A DNA stretch of 64,000 bases from Anthoceros angustus (Eukaryota; Plantae; Anthocerotophyta): assembly GCA_010909165.1 (NCBI GenBank), contig MU008158.1:1947478-2011477 (forward strand), read 5' to 3'. Below the pieces are notes generated by a model, which ran no database searches, had not been told where the DNA came from, and was given only the letters and a program-made list of their open reading frames with translations. Below, piece by piece: positions 37,686-51,539 of this stretch. A program made the position numbers and the translations under genes. Positions within the stretch are counted from its first letter, which is position 1. Each line of letters starts with the position of its first letter.

Positions 37686-40330
37686 CTAAGGAGCAACTAA
37701 AAGAAAGCACCAAACTAGAATTCCTCGCTCCTTGATCTCTTCAAATTGGACTTGAGTTGAAGCCTCATTTCCTTCCTCTTCATGCTCTTCACCCTTGATG
37801 ACTTGAGCTCTTTGGCGTAGTCCGGACCTAGCTTCACAGGCGTTGAGCTTCAAGTTCTGTCGTCGATTCGATGAGAGGCCATGAGATTGAAAAACTTTTC
37901 CTGCATTTAGAGAGGGATACCTCAACCTCTTCAAATTCTTCCACCTCTTCCATGAGATGGAGTGGTTCAACTTCAACAAGTACTTCATCGTGGCTTCGTT
38001 CCACCGGTCTTGACCACACTTGGGAGGTTAAGGCTTCCCACCCGAGGCGGAGGCCACACCCGATTCTGCAAGAATCGAATATGTTACCAAGAAGCCGGTG
38101 TTACAACAAATGACTTGAAAGATCTTCTATAAGAACTACAGAGGAGAAAGATCCTCACTTAACCCGGGCTTCAATCTAGGCACCAAATTGTCCAAAAACC
38201 AGCCGCCATCGTCCACTTGCTTGCGCTCCAATGCCAGTATTACGACTCCTATGGAAAATCAAAAAAACAGAGTTAAATGGGAGGACAATCAAAACTTGCA
38301 AAGACATCAAATCAAAATATTACCATCCAAATCATCATCTTTGTAACCAGCATCCTTGAGATCCTGCCACAATTGTTCAGCACCTATTCTCGGGGTTGGA
38401 GCCAAACGCTCCGGATGAGGAAGATTGTCAGCCGTCCAATATGTTTCAAGTTTTATTATCCAGTTTCCGGGCCTTCTTGCCACAGCCTCTGTCTCTTGCT
38501 CCGTAGGACGTCTACCAAAGAGTTGGTAAAACCGATTTGTAAACTTCACAAACCCACCATTACCAAAGTGGGCATACGGCTGGGCATCCGAGTTCAACCT
38601 CCTCAACATTGCTATGCATTTTTGTGCAGACATCTCCATCCCGGCCTTGGCTTTTCATTCTCCACAATGCGATCCCGTCGAGATATCACGAGGCTTATAC
38701 TTAGGTGGATGATTACCCTCAAGAAATTGTCTTGCGCATCTTGCAAGATTGTTCTTCCAATTGCGCAACATGGTGTTGAACATTTGGTCACACACATGAG
38801 CCATGCTCCAAATCCCACCAACATCTCTTGAATGGCTGCCTCCACAATTGCTTGTGTCTCTAGTTTCTCTCCCGGTTGCCAATCAATGGATCCATGAAGT
38901 GCCGCATTACCCACCTCAACCGAAATTGGAGCACTTCATAAGCGTATGAATCTTCTTTAATCCAACGACACACATGAGAAGGAAAACATCGAATATGCTT
39001 GTACATGCGTGCGGTGCATGTGGCTGTAAGTGGCATGTATAGGCCACATGCTTGTCTGAGCACATGCCTGAGGCATGTGGCATGTACATCCTTATGCAGT
39101 TAGCCAAGCGGGCCACACACACACATGTTTAGCTTGAGACCAAAAAGAAACACACACTGCATGTTTAGCTTGAGACCAAAAGAGAAACACACTGCTGTTT
39201 AGGCTTGAGAGACCAAAGGAGAAACATGGGCGATCAAGGCCACACACACCGCTTTAGGCTTGCGAGACCAAAAGAGAAACATGGGCGATCAAGGCCACAC
39301 ACCGCCAGTTTAGACTTGAGAGACCAAAAAGAAACACAGGCGGTCAAGGCCACACACACACTGTTTAGGCTTGAGAGACCAAAAAAAGAAACACAGGCGG
39401 TCAAGGCCACACACACATGTTTAGGCGGACCAATAGAAAAATCTGGCGATCAAGGCCACACACCGCTTTAGGCAGCACCAAAAGAGAAACATCGGCATCA
39501 AGGCCACACACTTTGTTCGAGCTTGAGAGACCAAAAGAGAAACATTGGGCGTCGGTCAAGGCCACACACCTGGACAAGCTTATGAAAGTAAAAGCAAGGA
39601 GTCGGTTTCAACTAAAACCAAACACACGATTCTAGATGAATGTCCATTGTGGAATGACGTGCGTGCATTTGGGCGATCTCCCTTTAATTCGATTTCTCCT
39701 TGGCAATTGCGGATCTCCGTCACGCCATCTCCCTCCTCCACTGGATTTTCCACTTCTTGGCTGCTCCATCACCGGCTGCACTTCTTCAAACCGAGAACCA
39801 ACATTGACGGAAGGGTTAGGAGTAGGAGTGGTGGAGGTGGCATGGGAGTACTGGACACGGATTGAAGGTCCGGGTAAGTTTTGAGCCAGTGTCACGGACA
39901 AGGGAGGAAGCGAGCTTGGCTGCCTTCTTCGCAGCTATCATCTTTCTCAAAAGGTCTGCGTGTGCACATAAGCCACCTGGTGGCCCTTGTTCTCTCATCC
40001 GCGAAGACCTAAGAGGAGGTGGTGGTGACTTGAGGCAGTCGTTCGCTTCTCCACGGCACGAGCTCTTCCACAGCGGCAGCGCCGCCATGGGATTAGCGGC
40101 AGCGCCGGTACTCCTCCACGGCATCGAGGCGGCTCCTCCTCCACGGCATCGGAGGAGGCTGCTCCTCCTCCACGGCATCGGGAGGCTGCTCCTCCACGGC
40201 ATCGGGAGGAGGCGCTTGTTCTCCACCGCATCGGCGGTGGCCCTTCGCTTTCCTACCACACACAAGTGAGAAAAGAAAAGCCATCGTTTAGAGCTCATTA
40301 TCATCACCGACCCTAGAGCTTGCAGAACTA
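37686..40330 (-). pseudogene. CACTA ORF2/TnpA-like accessory gene, spliced and frameshifted
   Basis: Frames such as QMFNTMLRNWKNNLAR..PPKYKP and SAQKCIAMLRR..PYAHFGNGGFVKF..FYQLFGRRPT, plus an acidic tail, resemble CACTA ORF2 products; location inside the element supports this. Confidence 0.45.
39110..39572. repeat. tandem repeat, ~55 bp unit
   Basis: GCTTGAGAGACCAAAA..AAACA..GGCG.TCAAGGCCACACAC repeated about 8 times. Confidence 0.88.
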
Positions 40331-42278
40331 GTTGAAGGCGGTGATTCAAACACAGGCTCTCACACACCCGATGGCGGTGCATGGCCCCATGGCGCCGGAC
40401 AAAGCCGTTGATGCACAACTCACATTTCGAGTGGCGACGCGGGCTTGCGGCTTCCGCTCCTTTGAGACGCCCTCCCGCTTCTTTGCCTTCACGGTGGCCC
40501 ATTTTTTACGCTAGGCTCGACAAGCGGAAGCAGCTCCTTGGCTTGCGCTGTCTACTAAACCCAACCACCGAGCCGTTAGAGGCGGATCCTTCCACCACGG
40601 CATCCACCCTGCGTCCCCACCACTAATGTTGTGGCCAAAGTCTTGTTTCCTTATCGCGTTACGCATGACATTGCAAACCCAACCGCACTTGCGTGTAGTG
40701 CGCACCATCTACATTGCAAGGTGGTTGGGGTTAGTAGAAAGGCGCTTAGCAACCTTTGCCCATGAAAGTGCGTGCCCTAAAAAGCACCAAGCATAAGAGA
40801 TTGGGGATGCACACAAACCTTCTTGATCCAAGGAATTCAATTTCGTAAGCCCTAATTGTGTTGTAGGTCGAATTATCACTAACTAAACACGAGCTTGTGT
40901 GTAGTCACTAACTAAACACCATGTGCCGTTGTTAGAGCTTGTGTGCGAGGCAATACACAACGTGTCTGATGCCGCGACCAAGATCTCGGCGTGAGAGAGG
41001 CGGCGACTCAACATGTGGGCACCCTAAGCAAAGTCGAGCAATCTCTCGGTCAAGCAATCCTTGGAAGCTGCCGCAAAGCCAAGTCGAGACAATCTTAAGC
41101 AAACAGGTGCAGCGGGCCTTGTGTACGGATGGACGTCAAATTCCCGTGCTTCTTCTTCCGCTTTACAAAGCCTTCCGCACTTCTCATGACCTTCCGCTTC
41201 TAAAATGTGCAGAGGCATGGTTGGCTTCCGCTTCTCTCAAACACATAGACTCTCATCACACACCCCATGGCGGTGGCCCTTCTTTCCTACCACACAAGTG
41301 AGAAAAGAAAAGCCATCGTTTAGAGCTCATTATCATCACCGACCCTAGAGCTCGCATTAACTAGTTGAAGGCGGTGATTCAAACTGGGTGCGATGGCGCC
41401 GGACAAAGCCGTTGATGCACAACTCACATTTCGAGGCGGACGCTTGCGGCTTCCGCTCCTTTGAGACGCCCTCCCGCTTCTTTGCCTTCACGGTGGCCCA
41501 TTTTTCGCACGCTAGGCTTGTCGACAAGCGGAAGCGGCTCCTTGGCTTGCGCTGTCTACTAAACCCAACCACCGAGCCGTTAGGCGGATCCTTCCACCAC
41601 GGCATCCACTGCCCCCCACTAATCTTTGTTGTGGCCAAAGTCTTGTTTCCTTATCGCGTTACATGACATGCAAACCCAACCCGCTTGCACGTGTAGTGCG
41701 CACCATCTACATTGCAAGGTGGTTGGGGTTAGTAGAAAGGCGCTTAGCAACCTTTGCCCATGAAAGTGCGTGCCCTAAAAAGCACCAAGCATAAGAGATT
41801 GGGGATGCACACAAACCTTCTTGATCCAAGGAATTCAATTTCGTAAGCCCTAATTGTGTTGTAGGTCGAATTGTGCTCACTAACTAAACACGAGCTTGTG
41901 TGTAGTCACTAACTAAACACCATGTGCCGTTGTTAGAGCTTGTGTGCGAGGCAATACACAACGTGTCTGATGCCGCGACCAAGATCTCGGCGTGAGAGAG
42001 GCGGCGACTCAACATGTGATTGCTAAAAGTCGAATCTCTCTCAGTCAAGCAATCCTTGGAAGCTGCCCTGCAAAGCCAAGTCAGACAATCTTAAGCAAAC
42101 ACGGTGCAGCGGGCCTTGTGTACGGATGGACGTCCAAATTCCGCTCGTGCTTCTTCTTCCCGCGCTTTACAAAGCCTTCCCGCACTTCTCATGGCCTTCC
42201 CGCGCTTCTAAAATGTGCAGAGGCATGGTTGGCTTCCCGCGCTTCTCTCAAACACATAGACTCTCATCACACACCCCG
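40233..42278. repeat. ~1.03 kb direct tandem duplication
   Basis: Copy 1 ~40233-41268 and copy 2 ~41269-42278 are near-identical apart from small indels. Confidence 0.92.
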
Positions 42279-43504
42279 ATGGCAGGCTGCATGGCCCTCA
42301 ATTACACTACATACAGCTCCCCACTCGTCACACATCCCGATGGCAAGCCCGGCTCTCACACACCCGATGGTGGCCCCATGGCCCTCAATTACACTAGCTA
42401 CAAGCTCCCCACCTCACACACCCGATGGCGGGCATGGCCTCAATTACACTAGCTACACAAGCTCCCCACCTCACATACCCCGATGGCAAGCCGCATGGCC
42501 CTCAAGTACACTAGGCACAAGCTCCCCACGTCACACACCCGATGGCAAGCCGGTTCTCACACACCCGAGGGCAATCGACATACAGGCTCTCAACACATAC
42601 GTCGCGGTATGTAAACATCTACTTGTCTGAGACATGAACCCGCCTTTATATCGATTTGTGTGCAAGCATGTTCCGCCTTGGACAAGATCTTGCATGCATT
42701 GCACCCGCCTCACACCTTGTGCACTGCGTCACCTACCTCGTGCACTGCAGTGCTGGTGAGTTTGTATGAAACGACTTTGAAACTACTATTTGCAACGCTC
42801 CGTTGTTAAGTCGGAACGATTACCATTTACAACACACTCCGTTGTAAAATTAGAAACTATTACTATTTACAACGTTGGTTCACTTTTACGTTCTAAAATC
42901 TCTAGTAGGTAAAAGTGGTACACATATGGAACGCACAAAGGAAACTAAGAGACCTCTCTCTTCTACCGTGCGGCTCGACTCTTACATTTCTCAAGAAAGG
43001 TCGGCCACGGGCGCTTAGGATCCATGTCATGCGCACAAACCGATCCCCTACATTCTTGTGTACATACGTATCTGATTCACCTTAGTTCATGGTAGGCAAA
43101 GAAAGATGCTCACCTCACTGGTGCCCAAGGTGGATCGAAATGGCTATGGAAATTTGTGCATGTTCACCGAGGGGTGGTGCTTTTTGAACATATGGTTGGA
43201 AAGAGGAGGTCATCACGGTAATTGTGGTGTTGAGAACATTGCGGTCGATTTTCTTGTAATTAGAAATTCATAATAAAAAACGCCAAAATGGGGCAAAAGG
43301 CAGCCGGCCTTACAGGGTTAAGCATGCTCGGCTCCACGGCTGCACTGCGTGCAAAAGTTCTCGGCTTCTTCCGTGGCGAACACTTCAGGCTTAGTTGAGA
43401 AAACTAGATTGCTAACTAGCCGGTGGAGTGGAGCCGATGGCCCACGAATCCCGCCCTCGAGAACCAAGTAATAAACTTCGGGTGAGGTTTAGGCGGGGCC
43501 GTCT

Positions 43505-43815
43505 ACTCCGTGATGCTCGCACGTATTCACATCCCATCGTAACAATCCCTTCATAATCACGCGTGATATGCGACTTTATGTACTTGTTCCAACTCGGACA
43601 ACTCAATTTGGAGCGGGTAGACATTTCTACCATGGGACAATGCACATCAGCCATGTCATTGACCACCGTTGCAAACTCAAACACTTTTATCCTCCTTGAT
43701 ACTCCAAAGTGGCAAATAGCTCGTCATCCCGATCAAACTCAATCGGACACAATATTGGAGGAGTGGAAGAGGTCCCCATGCCGCAATTGCAGGCGGCTGT
43801 AACGGTGAAAGCATA
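43505..43815 (-). pseudogene. COP1: captured COP1 WD40 exon fragment
   Basis: Across frameshifts: AFT(R)YSRL..LRHGDLFHSSNIVS.IEFDRDDELFAT.GVSRRIKVFEFATVVNDMADVHCPMVEMSTRSKLSCPSWNKYIKSHI..DYEGIVT.WDVNT. Confidence 0.9.
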
Positions 43816-44990
43816 TGAGTGATGAGGTTTTGATGGTGACCCATGCAAGCCTACAAATAAAGCTTTAATGCTTCTTTCCTTTTGAGGGAAACCATTGGCA
43901 TGAAAATGGCATGATATGACAACGGAGTGCTTGAGCAGGCTGCTTAGCGTAGTGTGCTCCTCGGAGATATTTTGATGGCGAGATAGAGGGATTGTATGGA
44001 GCGTAGCTATGTTGTCCCTTAGGTGCTTTCAAGGCTATTGCTTGGGACTCGTGCCCCTTTAATGTGTAAAAGATCCGTGGGAATGAATAGAATAAGGGCT
44101 AATGGGGCAATGCTTCCTCGGCCATCCACTTGAGCCCGAGTCTTAAAACCTCGATTCGCCCCTCCTTAAACGGTCGCTAAAGAATTTAAGTCTTCTTGGC
44201 ACTCATCATCATGCCGATTGTTGATGTTGCCGATGAAGCGGCTAGGCGGTACCTAATGAGAGTTCAATCCTCGATCGCACACGTAACGCATTTCGAGGTT
44301 CCGCATTAACACCGCCCACACCCACTCTCACTGCCAGAGCGGTTGAAAGACCCACATATGGTTTCTTTGACGCCATGGAGTTTGAGAGTAAGGGGCTCCT
44401 TGGGGCTGTCACTTTGTTCCTGTTTCCAGCGAACTCGTGCACTATAGTTCTATAGCTGATCCGTTCCCAAGTGCGCGGTTATGCGACTCAAAGTGAGCGC
44501 ACACACTTGAGCTGATTGTGTTGTCCGACCGATTGTGAACTCGGTTGTGAACTCCGATTGTGTTAAGCGACCCGGCCGTCAAGTGCGTTTTGAGTAGCGA
44601 TGGCGGCCGACAACTGGCGAGCCGGCCGAGAACCATCCGGAGGTGATGGCGCCGACAACTGGCGGCCGGCCGAGGACCTTCCGAGGTGGATCCCAGTCGA
44701 GGAGGAGATGCGTGATGAAGAGGAGGTGATGCACGTGAATTGTGCAAACTTTGACCCTTGTGACAAGGGTTGTGTAACATTGCGTCCGCTTCCTAGCCTT
44801 CCTCGGAGAAAGAGAAGGGTCCCACCCTTCCGGATGGAACTCGTCCTTGTTTTTGGTCACATGCTTCCACGCGCCTCAGCTATCATCAGCTTGGTACTAC
44901 TCTCGATCCGGGGTCTCCAAGGGCTTACTTTTGTGAAGAAAGCGGAACTCGGATGACTCGACTTGGAGAAATCTGGATCTTGTGCCCAAC

Positions 44991-45340
44991 CTAATCATCT
45001 CCTTCTATCGTAAGTGTAAAAGTCTGAGTGATCTTTCTTTGCATGATAAATGCTAATAAGGTAGATTTTTGTTTGAGGCTCAAGGTTTTAATCGGCATCA
45101 CGAATGGAGCAGAGCCACCTTCGCTTTTGTGAAGACTATGCTCGATACGGACCGGAGCCGGATCGAGTGATAATGAACTCATCACAAATGTGGTTTCGTA
45201 GTCTACCCAAGTCATGCGAGGTTGGCAAAGACGATCGCCTATCGGTGATGTAAAAGTCGTCGAGCTTTTGATATAAAGTTGCTCACACATTTCACAATCT
45301 TGAGTCCCACGCAAATAAGGAAAGGCTTGCGCCCAGCCTT
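44991..45340 (-). mobile_element. possible retrotransposon gag-like fragment
   Basis: PRMTWVDYETTF..DPA..RIEHSLH weakly resembles Retrotrans_gag. Confidence 0.25.
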
Positions 45341-46300
45341 AAGTAATCTAAGGCTATATCAATAGCACACTACGGTGCTTTGCAACGAATGCTTTGCAAA
45401 TTGCCCAAACTGTTGCAACGCTAGCTAGCGCTTTGGACCGATTGCCTGCACTTGTAAGAGGCCAAGCTGCTTTCGCGGTTTCGCGGCATCGACTGTAAGA
45501 GGCCAAGCCGCCTTCCATTGTGCGTAGCGAGGGCCTTCTCATAGCAAGGGTCAGCACCATCCGCGCGATGCTAGATAGCTACAAGTCCGTTGCAGCAGGT
45601 CGGTGCTCTTTGCAAAGCGTTTTCAGTATTGTCGGTTGCATGCAATTGCTCATGATTAGAATTGGCTGCTGAGTGCGTTGCAAATGTTGCTGCGAGTGCG
45701 TTGATAAGAGAGGCGTTGCAAACCGATTTGCAACGCCTCGTGTTGTAAAGCGCTTTGGATTGACCGCCTAATAAGCACCGTAGAGGCCTTTCTCTTGTCC
45801 CAGCTACTAACCATCCACTACATAGCTAGAAGGGCCTTCCATCGTGCGTGGCGAGGGCCTTCTAGTAGCAAGGGTCAATAAAAACTGGTGCACACCTAAA
45901 TCGACCATCCGGATGCTAGATAGCTACAAGTCCGTTGCAGCAGTCTATGCTCTTTGTAAAGCGTTTTCAGTATCGCGTTATCGGTTGCATGGAATTGCTC
46001 TAGATTAGAATTGGCTCGATTTATGCGGTTACGCTCGGATCGGAGGTTGGGCGAGGGCCGGAGCACTTCATCGAAGGTAGCCTGCACTTTCCAACGTGCT
46101 CGGTGAAGACAGGGGCAAGTGTTGTCGAGCTTAAGCTAACCCACGATCATTGTTGAGGTAGGTCCTTATGGATCGCTCGTAGATTTAAGCGCCCAAATAT
46201 CCAATATATTTTCCAAAATGTTGGTGCAAAGAGTGCAAGGCGAGTTCGTGAGCTAACCAAATCGTAAACATTTGCGCAAGAATGGACCTTACCTCCACAG

Positions 46301-47517
46301 AATGAAGTCCCGGTGGAGAACCGCAAGGAGATGAAGAACGAGGAGGAGAAGGAGGAGGAGGAGAAGAACAACGAGGAGGAGAAGGAGGACGAGGAGAAGG
46401 AGGAGGAGGAGAAGAAATAGCGAACAAGGAGAACCACCCGTAGCCACAAGTGAGTTGCAATCCTTTTCTTCTATGCTAGGAAATAAACTAATGAAGTAAT
46501 TATGGAGCCCTTTTCTTCTATGCTAGAAAATACAATAATAAAGTAATTATATAATATTATCTATAGAATAATTCTGTTGTGGCATACTAATTGTGGTAAG
46601 CATGTTTCTCTTGTTATATTAAAGGTAGTTTAATTATTCACATGTGTAATTATGGTTGTTTTTTTTATAGTTGGAAGGAGTTTCGAGCTGTTTGCATGTT
46701 ATAACAAGTACAAAACGTAGGAGTGGACACATGGCTTTGCGGTGTAGGAAAACCTTTGGATGGAAAGGACAGGACCGTGGACCCTTTATTGCACCTCCTT
46801 ATCATCCAAAAGAGGGGGAAGATCCAAAGTCTCATGATGCTATTGTTTTATACAAGCATCTTTTGAAAGGCGTGTACCCTAGAGAATGGGGAATGTGGGA
46901 GAAGGGACCTATTCCTATTAACAAGTCATTTCTATATTGGGGGCGAAGGTGGATAGTGAAGGAGGCAACAAACCCAGCCATGGGGTTGGGTTTATTTTCC
47001 ATGGAGAAAATCGTAGTGAGAAAAGATAATGTGAATGGAGTTCCTTTGTTTGTGTTTGGGGTCCAAAGTATACAGGAGAATATAACAAGATAGTGAACTA
47101 CAACAGTTACCGATTTCCAAGTATGCATTGACTTTCAATAGACTCCGTAAAGATGTTAATGATGGCCCAATTGAGTACCTCGATGGGCATGTTGCATATG
47201 GGAATGTGGCGGGATATATGAATAGTAGTAGTGGAAATATCGCAATCAAGCAAAATTGCATTTGGGAAGAAAGGTCGGATGGGCATGAGCTACTAAGTGG
47301 CGACCATCTTGATTGGATTTGCACTTGGGCGGTGAGGACCATTAATGCTGGGAAGAGTTGTTTGTTGATTACAATTGGTATAACCCGAACCATTTGAAGC
47401 CAAAAGGAAGGCCGTGCGAAGAGTACATAGACACATTAAATTACGCCGATGGAGTGGAAGAAATTGAAGGCAAAGTTGATGCGAGGATGTGGAATAGTTT
47501 TTGTTGTAGGATGTAGA
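46301..47517 (+). CDS. SET-domain protein inside the CACTA (acidic exon plus SET exon; small apparent frameshifts)
   Basis: Exon 46301-46449, intron GTGAG..TAG 46450-46670, then WIVKEATNPAMGLGLFSMEKI..GPKY..YAL..YLDG..GNVAGYMNSS..NC..AVRTINAG(E)ELFVDY. Confidence 0.75.
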
Positions 47518-47719
47518 AGAGTTGATGTTGAGGGTCTTGTACCTTGTGTATATTGACTATATCCGCAACAAAACAATTAGTATATCTCGACTTGACTTCT
47601 TAACCTTTTAGTTTTGCATGTTGTTCAATATTTCCTTAATAATAGTGGTTATACTAAAGTTATTAAATTATAATATAATTTTTCTATATAGTACTACAAT
47701 ATTTTATATACTTATTTGA

Positions 47720-50700
47720 TATTTATTTTGTGCGTGTGATTGAATAATCGATTGAAGAGGAACAAGATTTTATTGAGGTTGATGATCATTTTGAGGTTGA
47801 TGAAGAACATGTCAACATTCATCCCGACGAACAAGTGACCATAGAGTTGGTGGAGGCACTTGGTGGGGTTTCGCATCGCAGAAATGACTAAAGAACAGTC
47901 GATTCCTTGCACGAGGAATTAAAGGCGATGCACACTGACAACTACGCCTCTATGGGTTGGAGCCGAGATAAGTTTATTGGCATTCATTTTATTGTTATTG
48001 AACATCCAAAGGAGGCATGGCTGGTCGGATGCATCTTTGAATTCAATTTTATCATTACTAGGCAAATTAGGCCTCCCATTGGCAACAAGTTGCCAAAAGT
48101 AGGGCTGAAATTAAAAAGATGCTTAAGGGTTTGGCCTAACATATACATCCATACATGCTTGTCAAGATGATTGTATGTTGTTCACAGGAGTTTTCAATTG
48201 CTATTCGCAAGATGTGTGGAAACATAGGTATCGAATTGACACGAAGAAGCGTGTATTAAGCTACTTGATATTTTCCATTGATTCCTAGATTGAAACAAAT
48301 GTTTAGATGTCCGAGCTAGCAAGTATGATGTCATGGCACGCCACAAATAAGTCTAATGATGGGATTATGCGGGTCCCATCGATAGCTATGCATGGGAACA
48401 TGTGGACAACACTTATCGAGTTTGCTAAGGAGGCGCGCAACATTCGATTAGGACTTGCTACGGATGGGATTAATCCCTTTGGGCACCAAAGTTCTAGGTA
48501 TTCTATATGGCCTGTGCTTCTTATCAATTATAACTGCCTCCTTGGTTATCTATCAAGAATGGGCATATATTGTTGTCAATGATTATTCTGGTCCAAGCAA
48601 GTCAAGATGCAGATATATATTTTCAACCACTCATCAAGAGTTGAAGGTACTGTGGGAGGAAGGTGTGGTCGTACAAGATGCTTCTATGGCTATTGGAAAT
48701 GCTCAAAGACAATTTAAATTGAAGGCCTTATTGTTGTGGGCGATGCATGATTATCCAGGATATTCTTTCACTTCTAAAATGCAAACAAAAGGGAAGCGGC
48801 ATGTCCAATATGTTGGGACAAATTAGAAGCAAGAAAGTCAATGTTCACAAACAAAATGACGTATGATAAGAATTTTAGAAAATTTTACCAGAGGAACACA
48901 AGTTTAGAGTGGAAGAGCGGGATTCATTCAATGGAAAGGTGAGATGGAAATTATTCATCCGGACTATGCACCAACTCCGGAGGATATTATGATCGAAAGC
49001 TTTAACCGGAAATATGCAAAAGACAATGGTGAAGACAGGCCTGGGTGTTACTAGCGAGCCTTCAATTTTCGGGAGCTTCCATCGGGAGGTATGTATGCAT
49101 GCATATGGGGTCTTGCAAGTATTACCTTTTCAAGAATATTTTAATTATATTATTGGTAGCATCGGTAGGTAGACTAATAGCTATTCATGAAGGTTAACTT
49201 TTAGTCATGCTATTTGGTGGTTGCGATATTGTTGATCGGACACTTATTTGATATCATGCACATTGGAAAGAATGTAAGTCAACAGATTTTGGCACACATA
49301 TGTGGGAATCAAGATTCCCTTGGTAGTCGTAGAGATCTTGAGTATTCAAATACCAAACAAGATTGGTGGCCCCATGCGAGGCCATCGCCTGTTGGAAGGA
49401 GACAAAGAGGCCAAAACATTGTAAATGGGGTGCAAGGTAACGCAAAAAACCTGGCGAACCCAGGGGACCGGACATTTATAACGACACCAGCACCCTGGGT
49501 TCTTGGACATGGCAGCAAAAAGAGGCGAATGTATGCTAATGCAGAGGAAAAATTGAGAATAAGGATTTGCAGCATCGTACTCCTGGTATGGGTCAAATTT
49601 GAGCGTTGTTTTCTAAAGGGAGAGAAGAGGGAATTTGAGTTAAAGTCTCATGATCATCACCATCATTAGATTTGTGGCCAATTGTCTTGAAAGGATTAAT
49701 ACATCATGATGTTCACAAGGCTATATGTGATCTTGCCGAGCTATTCGTGGCTTTGTTCAAAAGAAATTGCGAAGGATGAAATTCCAGCTATGAAGGTGAA
49801 AAGTGTGGAGATCATGTGTGTGTTGGAGAGGGAATTTCCAACGACTTTTCGACAAGTCAAGTACATGTTGTTGTTCATCTTGTGCGGGAGGTTGAATTAT
49901 GTGGACCAACTCGATATCGATGGATGTATTTCTTAGAAAGGCACATGAAAGTGTTAAAGGGACTTGTTCGACGAAAGCCCGACGGAAGGTAGCATGGCTT
50001 TAGGATACTTAGCACAAGAGATAATGTTTTATAGCTCGAGTTCTTTGGAAATACACATGAAGAGGCACCAAGAGTGTGGAAATCAAGATGATGTCACCCA
50101 ATGTGGGGTGTTATTGCAAGGAATGGCAAAATTATGACTGAATGATGTGGAAATGCAAGATGAGGAAAGTGTTAGTGGAAAACTCAGCTGTACTCAAAAA
50201 TGGCGAAAAGTGTATGACGGCGAGCAACGTCCTTTTGCGAGAATGGTTGATAGATGAAGTTATAGTAGCGGAAGAAGAAATGCGTACAAACCTATGGGTT
50301 GGATGTGACGCAATTGTCGAGGACCTCCTCGGTGTGCGATCATATAAAATGATGTGGGCATATGGAAATCATATAAGGACTATAGATGCGAGATAGGGAA
50401 AGAATACATGTGATAGCATTATAAAACATCTATATAGCCAAGCATGTGTTTCACATCGCGGGGACACCGAACCTATTATAGCAGATTTTCCCTATCTTTG
50501 GAAAGGTGGAAAAGATTTTGGAGGTGGACTTAGGGCCGTCTAAAAAGTAAATGTGTTGAAGGTGAGATGGTTCAAGGCTCAATGGAACAAAGAGCACACA
50601 ACCATCAAAGCAGATACATCTCGTATGTTCATGGTTAACGATGTCATGTTATCCAATGATAAGTTGGAGGATGAGCCATTTGTACTAGTATCGGAGAAAG

Positions 50701-50850
50701 TGGAGCAAGTCTTTTGTATGAGAATTCTAAAATGCATGGAAAATTGTGGTGGGTACAAGCGCACGTGGAAGGCATAGTACAAGGTGAGGCTCAAGGCGAG
50801 GATAACATGAGTCAAGATGATGAGGATGCGGATATCATAGGTGAGGATGA
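47720..50850 (+). mobile_element. CACTA TnpD transposase (Transposase_21, DUF4218, DUF4216), frameshifted as assembled
   Basis: MSWH..DGIMRVP, RNIRLGLATDGINPF..SIWPVLLINYN, LLWAMHDYPGY, FDIMHIGKNVS, LKSHDHH, ERHMKVLKGLVR..EGSMA, DEPFVL..VEQVF. Confidence 0.93.
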
Positions 50851-51539
50851 TGAAGACAATGATAGCGTGAGCGATAATGACCAATGAGTTACATAGTAGA
50901 GTTGGAGTAATAGACTTGTTATGTGGAAAGGAGAAGGCGGAAGGGAGATGATAGAGGGATAAGGAGTGGGGAGGCGATAGAGGGATGAGTGGAGGGTGGG
51001 AGGATAGATAAGGAGTGGAGAGGGTGGGAGGATAGATAGGTAATTGATAGGTTGAAAAATATTTTAAAGCTTTTCTTATAAGTATAAAAAGTATCCCAAG
51101 TCTTAAATATTTCACTTATTTAATTATAATTATGGTGAGTACAACGTCGTGGAAGGCAGGTTCAGGTTTAAGGGTTTACGCCGAGCAAAGCACCGATTGT
51201 TGCGATGACGTGGTTGCGCCAATTTCGATGATCGACCTCTTGGCTTCTTGGTAGCGGTGATGACCGCACTAGAATTGGGCCACAAATCAATCTCTTTTCT
51301 TTGAGTGTGGTATCGATCTTGGCCGTTGCCTCGGCGATCTGGAAAGAGTAAAGACTGACGTTGATGATTTCTCTCCGGGGACACCCCCTTTGTTCCGATG
51401 GCCGCTCAAAGGTCCACTCAAGCGGAGCCGGTGTACTGGGCCGCCTTTGGCTTGTCCACATGGAAAACCCTGCAGCCTTCGGACCATTGTTGAGGACACA
51501 TAGTAAACAAGGTGAGGACATAGCCCACCGCTTGCTTCA

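Noticed and set aside
35873-37735. Repeat-protein ORFs
   Set aside because: Translations of the tandem array and microsatellite.
40233-42278. LTR pair
   Set aside because: The copies are directly adjacent, with no internal region, TG..CA ends, PBS or PPT seen.
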